Positions 19,554 through 32,061 of a DNA stretch of 64,000 bases are shown in pieces. Positions within the stretch are counted from its first letter, which is position 1, and every line of letters begins with the position of its first letter. Source of the stretch: an uncultured Verrucomicrobiae bacterium. Its GTDB lineage: Bacteria; Verrucomicrobiota; Verrucomicrobiia; Limisphaerales; Palsa-1400. Where the stretch lies: the NCBI GenBank assembly GCA_963702845.1, contig OY969763.1, positions 1,408,001 to 1,472,000 of the forward strand. The letters are read 5' to 3'. A model generated the notes under the pieces. It saw only the letters and a list, made by a program, of their open reading frames with translations. It was not told the origin of the DNA and searched no databases. The position numbers and the translations under genes are program-made.

Positions 19554-21067
19554 GATCGTGCTGGATTGATTTTTAGGTTCGCCCACTTTGCCAGGGGCAC
19601 CATTGGAAATTGTTGAAGCGTCCACCAGCAAAGTGCAACGCTGGAAATTACTAGCAAACTGTAAGTGATGGCATCTTTCTGCGGAAGAAGAATCGCTGCT
19701 GCTACGGTCGCAATAATCCAGAGTATAGGAAATCTCAACCATCGAGCGACCGACCGAGAATTGATTTCGAGACGTTTAAGAGCCAGCCACGTCAGTAAGA
19801 GCGTTGTGACGAAACCTATGTTGCCGACGACCGCGCCAAGAAGGCCCCAATGGGTTCCGCCCAATCCAATCAGCAACAGCGACAGTGCGCCGCCTAACAG
19901 CTGAATTACCGTATGTGGGGTGAGTTCACCGATGGCGGGCAGGATGAAGTAACCAAGGGCGTTTAATGAGTAGATTGCGTAAATCAACGATGCGTACCGC
20001 AGTGCCTGAACAGTCATTGCATCTACAGCGCCGTGAAAGAGACCACGTGCGATTATCGGCGCAAGGACGACGATGCTCGCCGCGATTCCGAATGAGAGGG
20101 CGGCGTTGAATTGCAAGGCGTGTCGGATTTCGTCGCGTGCTCCAGGCGGACGCTTATTATGGGTCCACAAGTGTGTGACTCGTCCGAGCAGAGGTTGGAC
20201 GGGCAACGCCGAGACGGCATTGATTTGCGTGGTAATGGTGGTGATGGCGGCGTAAACACCTAGTGTACGGATATCCAAGAATGCGCCAACGATCAGCCGA
20301 TCACATTGCGTAAACAATACGCCGCCGACGTTCGAGATCGTATTTAGGAGGCCGAAACGAAACATCTGGCCGGTCTTGCTGGTGTTCCAGTGTAAACACA
20401 TGTGTTCCTGACGTAGTAAACGAAACACCGCAACGCCGTGTGCGAACAGGGCCGCTATCGCGACTACAGTCTGCACGATCATAAATCCAAATGTTCCTCC
20501 TCCATAAGCGGCGACAATCACCATGGCAATGCCCAACATTACGGATTGGAGAGTTAAAACAGCGTTGAGCACGCCAAAACGCTGAAACGCCTGTTGCAGG
20601 CCTATCAAGGCTTGTTGTGGTAGGCGCGCCAAAACAAGAACACTTCCGACGCGGAGCGCCTTTGCAACGAGTTTGCAGTCGGTAGTCGGAATTTTAGGAA
20701 AAAGATTGACGATCGCGTCGGCACCGAACATCAAACTGACGGCGACAGCCGCGCCGAGGAACAGACTTGCCGTTATTGATATCGTGAGAGTTTCAGAAAA
20801 GGCCCGGTGATTATTCTCAGCGAGATCGCGTGCTGCGAAAACGGTTACCGCTGACGACAGGCCAATCTCAGTGACTGCGGAAACTCCGACGATTGCAAAT
20901 GTAAGGCTCCAGATCCCGTATTCAGTGGTGCCGATTATCCGGATAAGAAACGGCACTAACGCCAGCGCGACCGCCAGTCGCACGATTCCACCTACACTAT
21001 TATAAATGCCATTTTTCAAAACGAAGAGATTCGTCTCTTTGACGATGCGGTTTCCAACACAGCGCAC
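19550..21067 (-). CDS. Wzx-type oligosaccharide flippase
   Basis: Polytopic membrane protein; IGTTEYGIWSL, DRLIVGAFL...GVY; start uncertain. Confidence 0.85.
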   Translation of the reverse strand: MRCVGNRIVKETNLFVLKNGIYNSVGGIVRLAVALALVPFLIRIIGTTEYGIWSLTFAIVGVSAVTEIGLSSAVTVFAARDLAENNHRAFSETLTISITASLFLGAAVAVSLMFGADAIVNLFPKIPTTDCKLVAKALRVGSVLVLARLPQQALIGLQQAFQRFGVLNAVLTLQSVMLGIAMVIVAAYGGGTFGFMIVQTVVAIAALFAHGVAVFRLLRQEHMCLHWNTSKTGQMFRFGLLNTISNVGGVLFTQCDRLIVGAFLDIRTLGVYAAITTITTQINAVSALPVQPLLGRVTHLWTHNKRPPGARDEIRHALQFNAALSFGIAASIVVLAPIIARGLFHGAVDAMTVQALRYASLIYAIYSLNALGYFILPAIGELTPHTVIQLLGGALSLLLIGLGGTHWGLLGAVVGNIGFVTTLLLTWLALKRLEINSRSVARWLRFPILWIIATVAAAILLPQKDAITYSLLVISSVALCWWTLQQFPMVPLAKWANLKINPARS

Positions 21068-21203
21068 CGACCCTAACTATGAGACGAATTCTTGGCGGCT
21101 TAAACAATTAAAAAAACACTTGTTGCGGTGTGAGAACCATAAAGCGTACGGGTATGCCGCTCTTCGAGAAAAATCTGCTGAAGAAAGTAGCTGTCGATCA
21201 ACG

Positions 21204-21455
21204 CTATGCAGCCCCCGCAGCAGCTTCGCCGTTGTCGCCGATGGCTTCGACTGGGCAGCCTTCTTTGGCTTCTTTGCACTGGTTCTCTTCGTCAGGGGTG
21301 GCCGGCTGTTTGTAGACGTAAGAGTATCCGCCGTCATCGCTGCGGGTGAAGTTGGCCGGTGCGGTTTCGCGGCACAGGTCGCAATCGATGCATTGATTGT
21401 CGACGTAGTATTTTCCGGGAACGTTATCGGGGTATTTGTTCGCGATATCAGCCAT
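21204..21455 (-). CDS. Single-cluster ferredoxin
   Basis: CIDCDLC...CPVEAI; own putative promoter TTGCTA-N18-TATATT at 21499-21470. Confidence 0.92.
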   Translation of the reverse strand: MADIANKYPDNVPGKYYVDNQCIDCDLCRETAPANFTRSDDGGYSYVYKQPATPDEENQCKEAKEGCPVEAIGDNGEAAAGAA

Positions 21456-21546
21456 AAAAATTCAGGCGCAATATAGGTGCGCTGTTAAGGTCATAGCAAG
21501 CGGAAGTTTCAGGAACGTTGTTTAAGGTCAAATTCGTTGCCGCAAC

Positions 21547-23022
21547 TCAGCGGTTGGCGGTGCATTGATCTCGGCGTAGAAAGCTGTGCGACGGCCCGAT
21601 CGGCACTCTTGAGAACGTCGTTTGGATACACTCCAAGGTAAAGCATTGCCACGACGCAAATCGACCAGGCAGACTTTCATCGGGATGGAAACGGATATCG
21701 GCGTAAAGATCAGCCGGATCTTTCGCCCAGTAAATCGCGCGGATTACGCCGAAGTAGTAATAGAGCGAGATGACAACGCCAATGATCGGCGATCGTGGCG
21801 AGCCAATAGTAAGAAGTGTATATGGCGCCTTGTTCGATAATTGATTTGAGCAGTAGAAATTTGCCGAAGAAGCCAGCAAGTGGGGGAATGCCAGCCAGGG
21901 AGACCATCGCCAGCGCAAGGCTGGCGGCTAAGAGCGGCGAACGGTGATTGAGTCCGGCGAGTTCGGAAATGTCTTCGGTTTCGCGCGCGACGAGTAGTAT
22001 GACGATGAACGCAGCGGCAAGGGTGAACAGGTAACCAAGGAGGTAATAGAGAATCGCGCTGGATCCGGACTGGTTTAGTGCAGCGATGCCGAGTAGCAGG
22101 TATCCCGCATTGGCGATGCTGGAGTAGCCGAGCAAACGCTTCAAATTGCGCTGCGGAATGGCGCACAAATTTCCGTAAAGAATCGTGATGGCCGCAATGG
22201 TCATCAGCAAGGCATTCCAGTGTGTGGCGATGGGGTGGACAACTTCGAAGATAACGCGAACGAGAACCACGAAACCCGCGGCTTTCGAACCGATAGCAAG
22301 GAACGCGGTCGCAGGGGTCGGTGCGCCTTGGTAAACGTCCGGAGCCCAGATTTGGACGGGAAAGGCAGCGATTTTGAAACCGAGCCCGACCAGAACCAGC
22401 AATACGCCAAGCCAAATCACGTTGTTGGTCGAAAAGTCGCTGTTCGTCAGGATCTGCAGATTTGCGAAATTCGTCGTGTTGGCTGAGCCAAAAATCAGAG
22501 CAATGCCGAACACCAGGAAACCGGTCGAAACAGCGCCGATGATTAAATATTTCACACCGGCTTCAAGGGAGCCGAGGCGATAGCGTTGGAAGCTCACGAG
22601 AATGTAGAAGCTGACGGTGATGAGTTCGAGCGAGACGAACACCATGATGAAATCGTGTGCGGATGCAGCGAACATCATTCCGGTGAGTGCGAAAAGGATT
22701 AGCGTGTAGAATTCCGCGATACCGGCGCGGATACGGTCGGCGAACTCAACGGACATCAAGAGCACGAAAATCGCGGTGGTCAGGAAAAAGCGTTTGAAGA
22801 ACAAGCGCCAGTCCGTCGTGCACATACATTCCACCGAATGCGATGTAATCACCGCCGTCGATACTTGGGACAGAAGGTGTAGGCCAGAATCGCGAGCACG
22901 CCCAAAGCCGCTAAATAGCCGAGCTTCGGCTTGAGCGAAACCGGCGTCCACAAATCGACGAGAATGATCCCCAGTGCGAGGACGATGACGGCAAGTTCCA
23001 GGCTGATAGTGGAAAGGTTCAT
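21547..23022 (-). CDS. nuoN: NADH-quinone oxidoreductase subunit N (several frameshifts; 3' end approximate)
   Basis: Start MNLSTISLELAV at 23022; SLEAGVKYLIIG, GFKIAAFP..W.PDVYQGAPTP, KRLLGYSSI. Confidence 0.92.
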
Positions 23023-24521
23023 TTCTGGATTTGGGCGACCATCGTTTGGGACGGGAGCAAGTCGGGCAAAGATTTTTTGATGTTGTCGGTCAACAGGCGC
23101 GGGAAGCAGCCGAAGATAATCAAGCCCGCAAGCAGCAGGGCATAGGGCATTTTGCGCCAGAGGCTCTTCGCGTCTGAAACGTCAGTCCATTCGCGGTCGC
23201 CATGCCAAACATTGCGAATCGCGCGGAGCATATAAACGCCCGCAATGACGAGCGCGCCCCAAACTGCGAGGCCAGTGATGAGTTGAAATTTTGACCAACT
23301 GCCGAAGAGGACCAACGCTTCGCCGGGGAAACCAGCGAAACCCGGCAGGCCGCAGCCAGCGAGCATCGCCATGATCATTACGGCGCCGATGTAAGGCATC
23401 GCTCGGAGCAATCCGCCCATGTCCGCGATTTTCGTGCTGTTGATTTGGTTGGCAATGTAACCGCTAAGAGCAAACGTCAGTGCCGCGAGCAAGCCGTGCG
23501 CGACCATGATTAAGACGGTGCCGGTCACACCGATAACATTCAGGCTGGCGATTCCGAGGAAAGCAAAGCCCATGTGAGCGACGCTCGAGTTACCAATCAG
23601 CATATTCAAGTCGCGCTGACGCATTGCGACGAGGCCGCAATAGATAATGTTACCGAGGCAAAGCCACGAGAGCAGGGTCATCCAGTTTTGCGCTTCGCCC
23701 GGCATCATCGGCAGCGCGATACGGATGAGACCGTAGAGACCGAACTTCTTTAGCACACCGGCATGAATCATTGCTGTCGCCGGTGGTGCTGATGCATAGC
23801 CGAGCGGAGCCCAGGTGTGGAATGGCCAGAGCGAAACCAAAATTCCGAAACCGAACAGCAACAGTGGGAAGATGAGATGTTGAGCGTTGCTCGCGATTGA
23901 GTTTGCTTTGAAGTAACGCGTCATTTCGATGATGTCGAACGTGCGCACCCCGACCGGCATTTGGAGATACAACGCGATCAAGCCGATCAGCAGCAAGAGC
24001 GCGCCAAGGCTGAGATAGAGCGTGATTTGGAATGTCGCGTAGTTCTTGTTTTCGCCACGACCCCATACGCCAATCATGATGAAGGTCGGCACGAGCGCGA
24101 GTTCGTGCAGGAAATAGAGGAAGAACATGTCGAGTGACGCGAACGCACCGAGGATGCCGCCGGACATCACTAGTAGCAGAATATAAAATTCTTTCTCACG
24201 CGTTTTGATGTGGTTCGAAATGCAAACTGCGGCAAACGACACAATCGCTCCCATCAGAATCAAACCGAGATTGATGCCATCGACACCGACGTGATAGCTG
24301 ATGCCAAGTGACTCAACCCACGGGATTTTCTGAACGTATCGAAATCCATTTTCAACCGGAGCACTGTTGAAGTGCACGAACACACAAATGGCACCGGACA
24401 TCGCAAGGAACGAACCAAGCAGTGCCAAGCCGCGAATGACGACTTTGTAGCTGCGCGGGATCAGCACAATCACCAGCGCGGTGACTAGCGGTAAACCAAA
24501 GATGTAGGTAAGGGGTGACAT
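23019..24521 (-). CDS. nuoM: NADH-quinone oxidoreductase subunit M
   Basis: GVDGI, PFHTWAP, SSVAHMG, GLPGFAGFPGE. Confidence 0.95.
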   Translation of the reverse strand: MSPLTYIFGLPLVTALVIVLIPRSYKVVIRGLALLGSFLAMSGAICVFVHFNSAPVENGFRYVQKIPWVESLGISYHVGVDGINLGLILMGAIVSFAAVCISNHIKTREKEFYILLLVMSGGILGAFASLDMFFLYFLHELALVPTFIMIGVWGRGENKNYATFQITLYLSLGALLLLIGLIALYLQMPVGVRTFDIIEMTRYFKANSIASNAQHLIFPLLLFGFGILVSLWPFHTWAPLGYASAPPATAMIHAGVLKKFGLYGLIRIALPMMPGEAQNWMTLLSWLCLGNIIYCGLVAMRQRDLNMLIGNSSVAHMGFAFLGIASLNVIGVTGTVLIMVAHGLLAALTFALSGYIANQINSTKIADMGGLLRAMPYIGAVMIMAMLAGCGLPGFAGFPGEALVLFGSWSKFQLITGLAVWGALVIAGVYMLRAIRNVWHGDREWTDVSDAKSLWRKMPYALLLAGLIIFGCFPRLLTDNIKKSLPDLLPSQTMVAQIQK

Positions 24522-24524
24522 GGT

Positions 24525-26383
24525 TTAGTGCACGAAAACAAAGAACAGGACAACGGCCACACCGAGCGCGAGCAGGAACGCGTAGTTCTGCAGATTGCCG
24601 GTTTGCACCAGTCGCAACGCGCGGCCGAAAAATTCCGTCGTGCCGTGAGTCCCGCGAACCACAAAACCGGCGATGACCCAGCGGTCAAATGCGTCCGCAA
24701 ACCGCGCGAGCAGGTCCTGGGTGTATTTGATGATCTCAGCGTAAAGTTCGTCGAAGTAAAATTTATCGCGCATCCAGCGGGCAGGGGCGCCCAATATCGC
24801 CGGCAGTGGGTCGGATTTCGCTCGGGCATAGAGGCTCATTGCGATGAAGAACCCGACTGCGAGTGCAAGCAATCCAGCCAATCGCACCAACCGGAGCGTG
24901 AATGAACGGAGCGAGCGGCGCAAAGATCGGTTCGGCTTCGACGCTCGGGTTCAATTGCGAACCGACAAATTGTGCGATGCCAAAGAAACCACCAGCGACT
25001 GAGGCAATCGCCAGAATCCGGAGCGGAATCGTCATCACTGGACGGCGACTCATGCGCGTGCTTCGGCAAATCGGATTTCGCGTTGCCGAGGAACACAACG
25101 AAGAACAACCGGAACATGTAAAAGGTCGTCAGGAACGCCACGAATACCGCAATCGCGAACAGAGCTTTGTTGTGGTCAAACGCCACACCGAGGATGCCGT
25201 CCTTACTGAAGAAACCGCTCAAAGGCCATAATCCGCACAAAGCCAAAGTGCCTGCGAGAAACGTCCAGAACGTTGTCGGAATTTTCTCTTTCAACGAACC
25301 CATCTTCCAAATGTCTTGTTCACCGCTGAGCGCATGAATCACTGATCCTGCGCCAAGGAACAGCAGCGCTTTGAAGAACGCGTGCGTGGAGAGATGGAAC
25401 ATCGCCGCGGTCGGGCCGGTCAGACCGACGGCCATGACCATGTAACCGAGTTGCGACAACGTGGAATAAGCGAGGATGCGTTTGATGTCGTTCTGTTGAA
25501 CGGCCATCAATGCAGCCATTAACGCGGTGATTCCGCCTATCCAGGAAATGACTTGGAGCGCGGAAGCATCGAAGATGTAAAACACGCGGCAGAGCATGTA
25601 AACACCGGCCGCGACCATCGTCGCGGCATGGATGAGTGCGCTGACCGGAGTGGGGCCTTCCATCGCGTCGGGCAACCACACGTGCAGCGGAAATTGAGCA
25701 GATTTACCAACCGCACCACAGAAGATGAGCAAACCGACTGCCGTCGCGCTCGTGCCGAATAGCGCCGGGTTCGCGGCGATGGCTTCTTTGATTGCGGCAA
25801 AATTCAGTGTGTGCGCGATCACCCAAACCAAAATGATTCCTGTGAAAAATCCGAAATCGCCCACGCGGTTCGTGAGAAAAGCTTTCTTCGCTGCATCGGC
25901 AGCGGAAGGTTTTTGATACCAGAAACCGATGAGCAGATAGCTCGAAACACCGACGAGTTCCCAGAAGATGAACATCTGAAACAGATTGTTGCTAAGAACA
26001 ATGCCGGTCATGGAGAAGGTGAACAGGCTCAGGCAGGCGAAAAACCGGCTGTAGCTGCGGTCGCCATGCATGTAGCCGATCGAATAAATGTGAATCAGGC
26101 TGCCAACCCCAGTGACGATCAAAAGCATCATCAAGCTGAGCTGATCGAAACGCAGGCCGAATGAAATGTTCAGATTGGCCACCGTCAGCCAGGGCACGCT
26201 GAGTTCGTGCACAACGTGATCGCCGAGTTGAAAGCCGGCGAGTTTCGCGACGGTCAGAAGGAAGCAGGTCACAATCGACAGCACCGAAATTCCGGCGCTC
26301 AAGCCCTGCCAGCGTTGCGTGAACAACGTGATGACCATTGCTGCAAAGAGCGGCAGAAATAAAATTAACCAGGCATCGTTCAT
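24525..26383 (-). CDS. nuoL: NADH-quinone oxidoreductase subunit L (frameshifts near 25040 and 24860)
   Basis: GKSAQFPLHVWLPDAMEGPTPVSALIHAATMV, HAFFKALLFL; C-term QTGNLQNY in a downstream frame. Confidence 0.95.
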
Positions 26384-26385
26384 GG

Positions 26386-26694
26386 TTAGTTGCGCATCGT
26401 GGCAAGATCTTCAACGTGCGTCGTCTGGCGCTTGCGGTAGAGCGCGACAATCAGCGCCAAACCGACAGCGACTTCGCTTGCAGCGACGGTAATAATGAAA
26501 AACACGATGAGTTGACCGTTGAGGTTGTTGTTAAATCGAGAGAACGCGACGAGCGCGAGGTTGGCCGCGTTGAGCATCAGCTCGAGCGACAAATAAATGA
26601 CCAACACATTGCGCCGAATGATAACGCCGAGCAGGCCGATGCAGAAGAGCAGGGCGCTGACGACGAGATAATGTTCGAGACCGATGCCACTCAT
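26386..26694 (-). CDS. nuoK: NADH-quinone oxidoreductase subunit K
   Basis: MSGIGLEHYL...ELMLNAANL...VAASEVAVGLAL. Confidence 0.95.
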   Translation of the reverse strand: MSGIGLEHYLVVSALLFCIGLLGVIIRRNVLVIYLSLELMLNAANLALVAFSRFNNNLNGQLIVFFIITVAASEVAVGLALIVALYRKRQTTHVEDLATMRN

Positions 26695-27199
26695 TTCAAA
26701 TCCTTCTTGCTCAAGCAAAATTGTGCCAATCATCGCTACAAGGAGAATCAGTGAAACAATTTCAAATGGCAGCACGTAGTTTTGGAACAACTTCGTTCCC
26801 AATGCTGCCGTGCTCTCCATTTTCGGATCGTTCATCGGAACAGTCGCATGCACAAACGGTCCATCCCACAGACGGCCGATAATCACAGATGCAATACCCG
26901 CAACGGCAACTAAACCAAGCCCGGCACTGAACAGCGGAATCTTGCGCCGTTGTTCTTCTTTCAAATCAAGCAGCATGATGACGAACAGGAAGAGCACCAT
27001 GACTGCGCCGGCGTAAACGAGCACCTGGACGGCTGCGAGGAAGAAACGCGTGGAGAAGCACAAACAATCCCGCCATCGAAATTATCGTCAGCACGAGAAA
27101 CATCGCACTCGTCACGGGGTTGTTGCTGAACGGATTGACGATTACAAGCAATCCGCAAATGAGCGTCAGCGCAGCGAATAGATAGAACAGGGCGTCCAT
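26691..27199 (-). CDS. nuoJ: NADH-quinone oxidoreductase subunit J (two frameshifts)
   Basis: NPVTSAMFL, QVLVYAGAVMVLFLFVIMLL, YVLPFE spread over two frames. Confidence 0.9.
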
Positions 27200-27700
27200 T
27201 ATTTATTCTTCCACTTCCAAATTTTGTCCTGGTGCACCCCGCCAAGCGCGAGGAGCTTTTCTTTGTCGTAAATCATTTCCTGCCGGCTCTGCCCGGTCAG
27301 CGAATAATCGCGCATCAGGAAAATCGCTTCTTCAGGACAAACTTCCTGGCAAAAGCCGCAGAAAATGCAGCGCAGCATGTCGATCTTGAATTCCTTCGGA
27401 GCTTTTTCGACATTGCCGACTTCTGGCGTGCCTTCGGGCCCGGGCGGCGTGATGCGAATGGCTTTTGGTGGACAAACAAATTCGCAAAGCTGGCACGAAA
27501 CGCATTTGGTGCGGCCATCCGGATCTTTCACGAGATAGGGCGCGCCGCGATAATTTTCGGGCACGGTCCACTTCTCTTCCGGATATTGCATCGTCACTTT
27601 CTTTTTGAAAGAAGTGGCGAACCGTCACCTTCAGGCCGTCGATGACCGCCGGCAGATAAAGCCGTTCTGCTAAAGTTAATTTTGCACGTTTTACAATCAT
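27199..27700 (-). CDS. nuoI: NADH-quinone oxidoreductase subunit I (frameshift near 27600)
   Basis: [12 protein letters not shown] and [13 protein letters not shown]-term [12 protein letters not shown]. Confidence 0.95.
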
Positions 27701-28738
27701 GCGATCGCCCACAGCACGAGGGCTGTGACCAAAATGTTCAGGAGTGACAGCGGGATGAATCGGCGCCAGCCAAGGTCCATCAATTGGTCATAACGAAACC
27801 GCGGCCACATCCAGCGCACCCAAATGAAAATGCCCATCAAAACCAGAATCTTGGCAATGAAAATTACGATTTGCGCGATGCCCATGCCGATGGACTGCGC
27901 GGGTTGATCGAGACCCGCGAACGGCAAGCGTCCATCCGCCGAGAAACAGCGTCACCATCATCGCCGACGCGGCAATCATGTTGGCGTATTCCGCCATGAA
28001 GAAGAGTGCGAACTTCATCGAACTGTATTCGGTGTGATAACCGCCGACTAGTTCCTGTTCGGATTCGGGCAAATCAAACGGCAGACGATTGGTTTCCGCA
28101 AACGCCGCGATCATGAAGATGATGAATGCGAGCGGTTGTTTGAAAACGAGCCAGCAGTGAGTTTGATAGCCAATCACATCGCTCAGGTTCAACGAGCCAA
28201 CCAGCATGAACAGCGGCACCACCGACATTCCCATCGCGATTTCATAAGAAATCATCTGCGCACTCGAACGAATGCCGCCGAGAAACGAATATTTGTTATT
28301 AGAGGCATAACCCGCGAGCACGATTCCGTAAACACCGAGCGAAACGATCCCGAAGGTATAGAGGATGCCGACATTGAGGTCAGCGATCACCATCTTCTGT
28401 GCGCCGATATTGGATCCGAACGGAATAATAGCGATGGTCAACATTGCCGGAATCATCGCAATCATCGGCGCAAGCCAGAAGTATGCTTTGCGAACGTGTT
28501 GCGGGGTGAAGTCTTCTTTCAGAAACGATTTCACGCCGTCGACAATGGGTTGCCAAATACCAGCAGGACCAACGCGATTTGGACCATGACGATCCTGAAT
28601 CCACGCCGAAATTTTGCGCTCCGCCAAAGTCGAGTAAGCGATCATCGGCATGAGCACGGAGAGCACGCAGACGATTTTCAGAACACTGAACAGCGTCATC
28701 TGCGCGGTCGGCGGTAAACTGTTAAACCAGGCGATCAT
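27697..28738 (-). CDS. nuoH: NADH-quinone oxidoreductase subunit H (frameshift near 27925)
   Basis: [39 protein letters not shown]. Confidence 0.95.
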
Positions 28739-30460
28739 ATTTCGACGGTCGCTCCATGGTCGCTTAATCCGCCCCACGTCAGATTCTTGAATGCCGGAAC
28801 TTCAGCGGCCATTTGGTTGAAAAGTCCTTCGATCGTGGCGAAACCGTTCTGGCCAGTCACATCGTGCACGAGTTCGTGCAAAAATTCCCATTCAGCGACG
28901 CGCGTTGCCCTTCGGCTGAATGTTCTGCATGAACCGTTGCACGCGGCCTTTGATATTCACGAAACTGCCGCGCTTTTCTGCATGCGCACAGCCGGGCAGG
29001 AGATAGTGCGCGAGTTCAGTCGTTTTGTTCGGCAGGATATCGCTGACAATGAGCGAATCCAATTTACCGAGGAGATCTGCACCAATGCCGTGCTTCGTCA
29101 CGTCTTCGCCGAAAACAATGAGGTGTTTGATTTTGCCGGCGCGGATGCCTTCAGCAATTTTCGGAATGTTCGAACCCATCTGCTTGGGAGAGATGCCGAT
29201 TAACTTCGAACCATTGCTGTTCGGATTGCGGTCCGCATTCAGCAACAGATGATCACCCTTATCCAAGCGCGCGACAGAATCGGTCAAGGCGTCATAACTT
29301 TTGGCGAGTTTCTTCAGCAGATAAAGCTCTTCATTTGTCTGGCGAGCCGAAGCGATAATCGCAACAGAACCTGCAGCGGCATTTTTCAGCACATCGGAAA
29401 CAGCGCGGATTGCCGTTGCCCACGCACCGTCCTGATATTGTAAATTTAATTTCGAACCGCCGACTTTGGTCAGGCGATCATCGCGATTGATCCACTTGTA
29501 ATTCAGCCGTCCGTAATCGCACATCCACGTCGAATTGACCGCATCGTTCTCGCGCGGTTCGTAGCGATACACTTTATTTTCGCGCGAACCGATGACGATA
29601 TTGCAGCCCGTGCCGCAACTGGTGCAGATACTCTTGCTCTCTTTCAGGAACCAGACGCGCATCTGGAAACGAAAATCCTTCGACGTCAGTGCGCCGACCG
29701 GACAGATGTCCACCGTATTCAGCGTGTAATTGTTATCAAAATTCTTTCCCGGGAATTTCGTCAGCGTGCTGTAACTGCCGCGTTCGACAAAACCGAGCGC
29801 ATCGTCCTTTGCAATGTCCTTCGAGAAACGAATGCAGCGCGAGCAAAGAATACAACGCTCATCATCCAGCATGACGCGGGGACCGAGATTGACTTGCTTC
29901 GGTTTGTGAACCTTTTCTTCCGTGAAGCGGCTCGTTGAATTTCCGTAATCCACCGAATACTCCTGCAGCTTACATTCACCGGCTTGGTCGCAAATCGGAC
30001 AATCAAGCGGATGATTAATCAGCAAATATTCCAGAACGCCTTCGCGCATCTGTTTCGTCGCAGGCGAACTTGGATAAAGTTCCATTCCCGGCGAAATTGG
30101 ACTCGCACACGCAATCGCGCCGCGTGCAGACGTCGGTTCGTAGGGGAGAACGGATCGCGCAATCTTCGGCGTCCCATCCGGATTCATGACCGGCTTTTTG
30201 TCTGGCCCCATCACGGCATGACCAAATTCCACCAGGCACATCCGGCAATTACCCGCGATCGGCAGCTTCGGATGATAACAATAATGCGGAACCTCCACGC
30301 CGGCCTGCGCGCACGCTTGCAGCATGGTCGTCGGCTGAAGTTTGCCCTGCCAATCGGGCATCATCTTCGGCACTTCAATTTCCTTGCCGTCCACCTTCAC
30401 CTTGATCTTTTCGACCGGTGGCGGCGCAGGTTTTTGTTCAGTTGAAATTCCGTTCGACAT
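28735..30460 (-). CDS. nuoG: NADH-quinone oxidoreductase subunit G, short form (frameshift near 28900)
   Basis: PHYCYH...GNCRMCLVE, NHPLDCPICDQAGECKLQ, CILCSRC, CTSCGTGC; C-term EWEFL...TVEI* overlaps the nuoH ATG. Confidence 0.93.
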
Positions 30461-30466
30461 GGCAAA

Positions 30467-31901
30467 TCAATGTTTCGGACTGGCAGCGATTTTCATTTCG
30501 CCGCTCGGCCCTGCGCCGGTGCCCGTGCTTCGCTTCATCGCGAGCACCGCGCGCTTCGAATTCGTCTTTAAATTTATTTACAAAACTTAGAACTGGCCAC
30601 GCGCAAGCTTCGCCAAAAGCGCAAATCGTGCGGCCTTGAATACCTTGAGCGATGCGCAGCAAGTAATCGGCGTCCTGCTTTGCGACCGTGCCCGCTCGTG
30701 AGCGATGCAGCGCTTTGCTCATCCAGAGCGAACCTTCGCGGCAAGGCGTGCATTGGCCGCAACTTTCGTGCGCGTAAAATTCCGAAAGGTTTGCAAGCGC
30801 CGCGACGATATCCGTCGAGTCATCCATCACAATAATTGCGCCGGAACCCGACATGCTGCCGGCTTGTTGCAGCGAATCGAAATCATAAGGCAAATCGAGC
30901 AGGTCAACTTCGACCGGCGTCAACTGGCCGTCGGGCGCTTTGCGTTTAATCTTAAATTTCTCGCCCGCTTTAAAAACTTTCGCCGACGAACCGCCAGGAA
31001 TGATCGCTTTGAGTTTGCGACCTTCGCGCAAACCGCCACCGAACTTCTCGATGCAAAAATCATTTCGCCGAGCGTCGCCTTGCCGACTTCCACTTCGAAA
31101 TACCCGGCTTCTTCACATGTCCGCTGACGCTGACGATGCGCGTGCCGGTATTGTTCGGCGTGCCGAGCTTCGCGTATTCCGCGCCGCCCATCTGCACGAT
31201 GTGCTTCACCGCCGCGAGCGTCTCGACGTTGTTAACAATCGTCGGGCACATGTAGAGCCCGAGAATAGCAGGGAAGTAGGGCGGCTTGATGCGCGGGTAA
31301 GCGCGCTTGCCTTCGAGCGATTCAATCAGGCCCGTTTCCTCACCGCAAATGTAAGCACCCGCGCCGCGATGGATGTGGATCTCAAGATCGTATCCTTTGC
31401 CCAAAATGTTTTTGCCCAGGAAATTCTTCTCGCGAGCTTCCTTCAAGCGCGCGATTCAAGATGCGCGCACCTTCCGGCATTTCGCCGCGGATATATATAT
31501 AGGCAAGATGAACATCATTCGCGAAGCAGGCGATGATCATGCCTTCGATCAACTGATGCGGATCTTTGTGGATGATCTGGCGGTCCTTGAACGTCCCCGG
31601 CTCCGACTCGTCCGCGTTGCAAACCATGTAAATCGGTTTGCCGCTCTTGCGATCGACAAGCGACCACTTCAACCCGCACGAAAATCCCGCGCCGCCGCGC
31701 CCGCGCAAACCCGAAGTCTGCACCTCCTGCCGAAGCTGTTCCTGCGCCGTCTGTTTCTTTCCATCCGGCAAATCCTTCGTCTGCAGCGACAACGCTTTCT
31801 TCAGCGTCTCGTAGCCGCCGTTCCGCATATAGCAATCGATATCGAGTCGTGTAACCCGGTTGATCGACGTGCTTTAAAATAAGTCGATATTCTTGCGGCA
31901 T
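30467..31901 (-). CDS. nuoF: NADH-quinone oxidoreductase subunit F (several frameshifts)
   Basis: [45 protein letters not shown] across successive frames. Confidence 0.93.
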
Positions 31902-31985
31902 GGTCAGTTGCGAACTTTGGCGTTCAATCGGGCAGACCCCGACTTGACTCCGCCAATAGATTCTTTACCTTTGCTAGCGCTTACT

Positions 31986-32059
31986 TGCCCGATGGTGTAA
32001 CGGTAGCACAGCAGACTCTGAATCTGCTTGTCATGGTTCAAATCCATGTCGGGCAGCCA
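31986..32059 (+). tRNA. tRNA-Gln (anticodon CTG) with encoded CCA
   Basis: Acceptor TGCCCGA/TCGGGCA-G-CCA, D arm TGGTGTAACGGTAGCAC, anticodon arm GCAGA-CTCTGAA-TCTGC, T arm CATGG-TTCAAAT-CCATG. Confidence 0.97.
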
Positions 32060-32061
32060 CT

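Noticed and set aside
26386..27063. Apparent NuoJ-NuoK fusion ORF
   Set aside because: A one-base indel near 26710 explains it; the corrected frame ends ...SKKDLK* with the usual ATGA overlap into nuoK.
31986..32059. tRNA-Gln as the attachment site of an integrated element
   Set aside because: No integrase and no duplicated tRNA 3' end seen in the window; both flanks are nuo genes.
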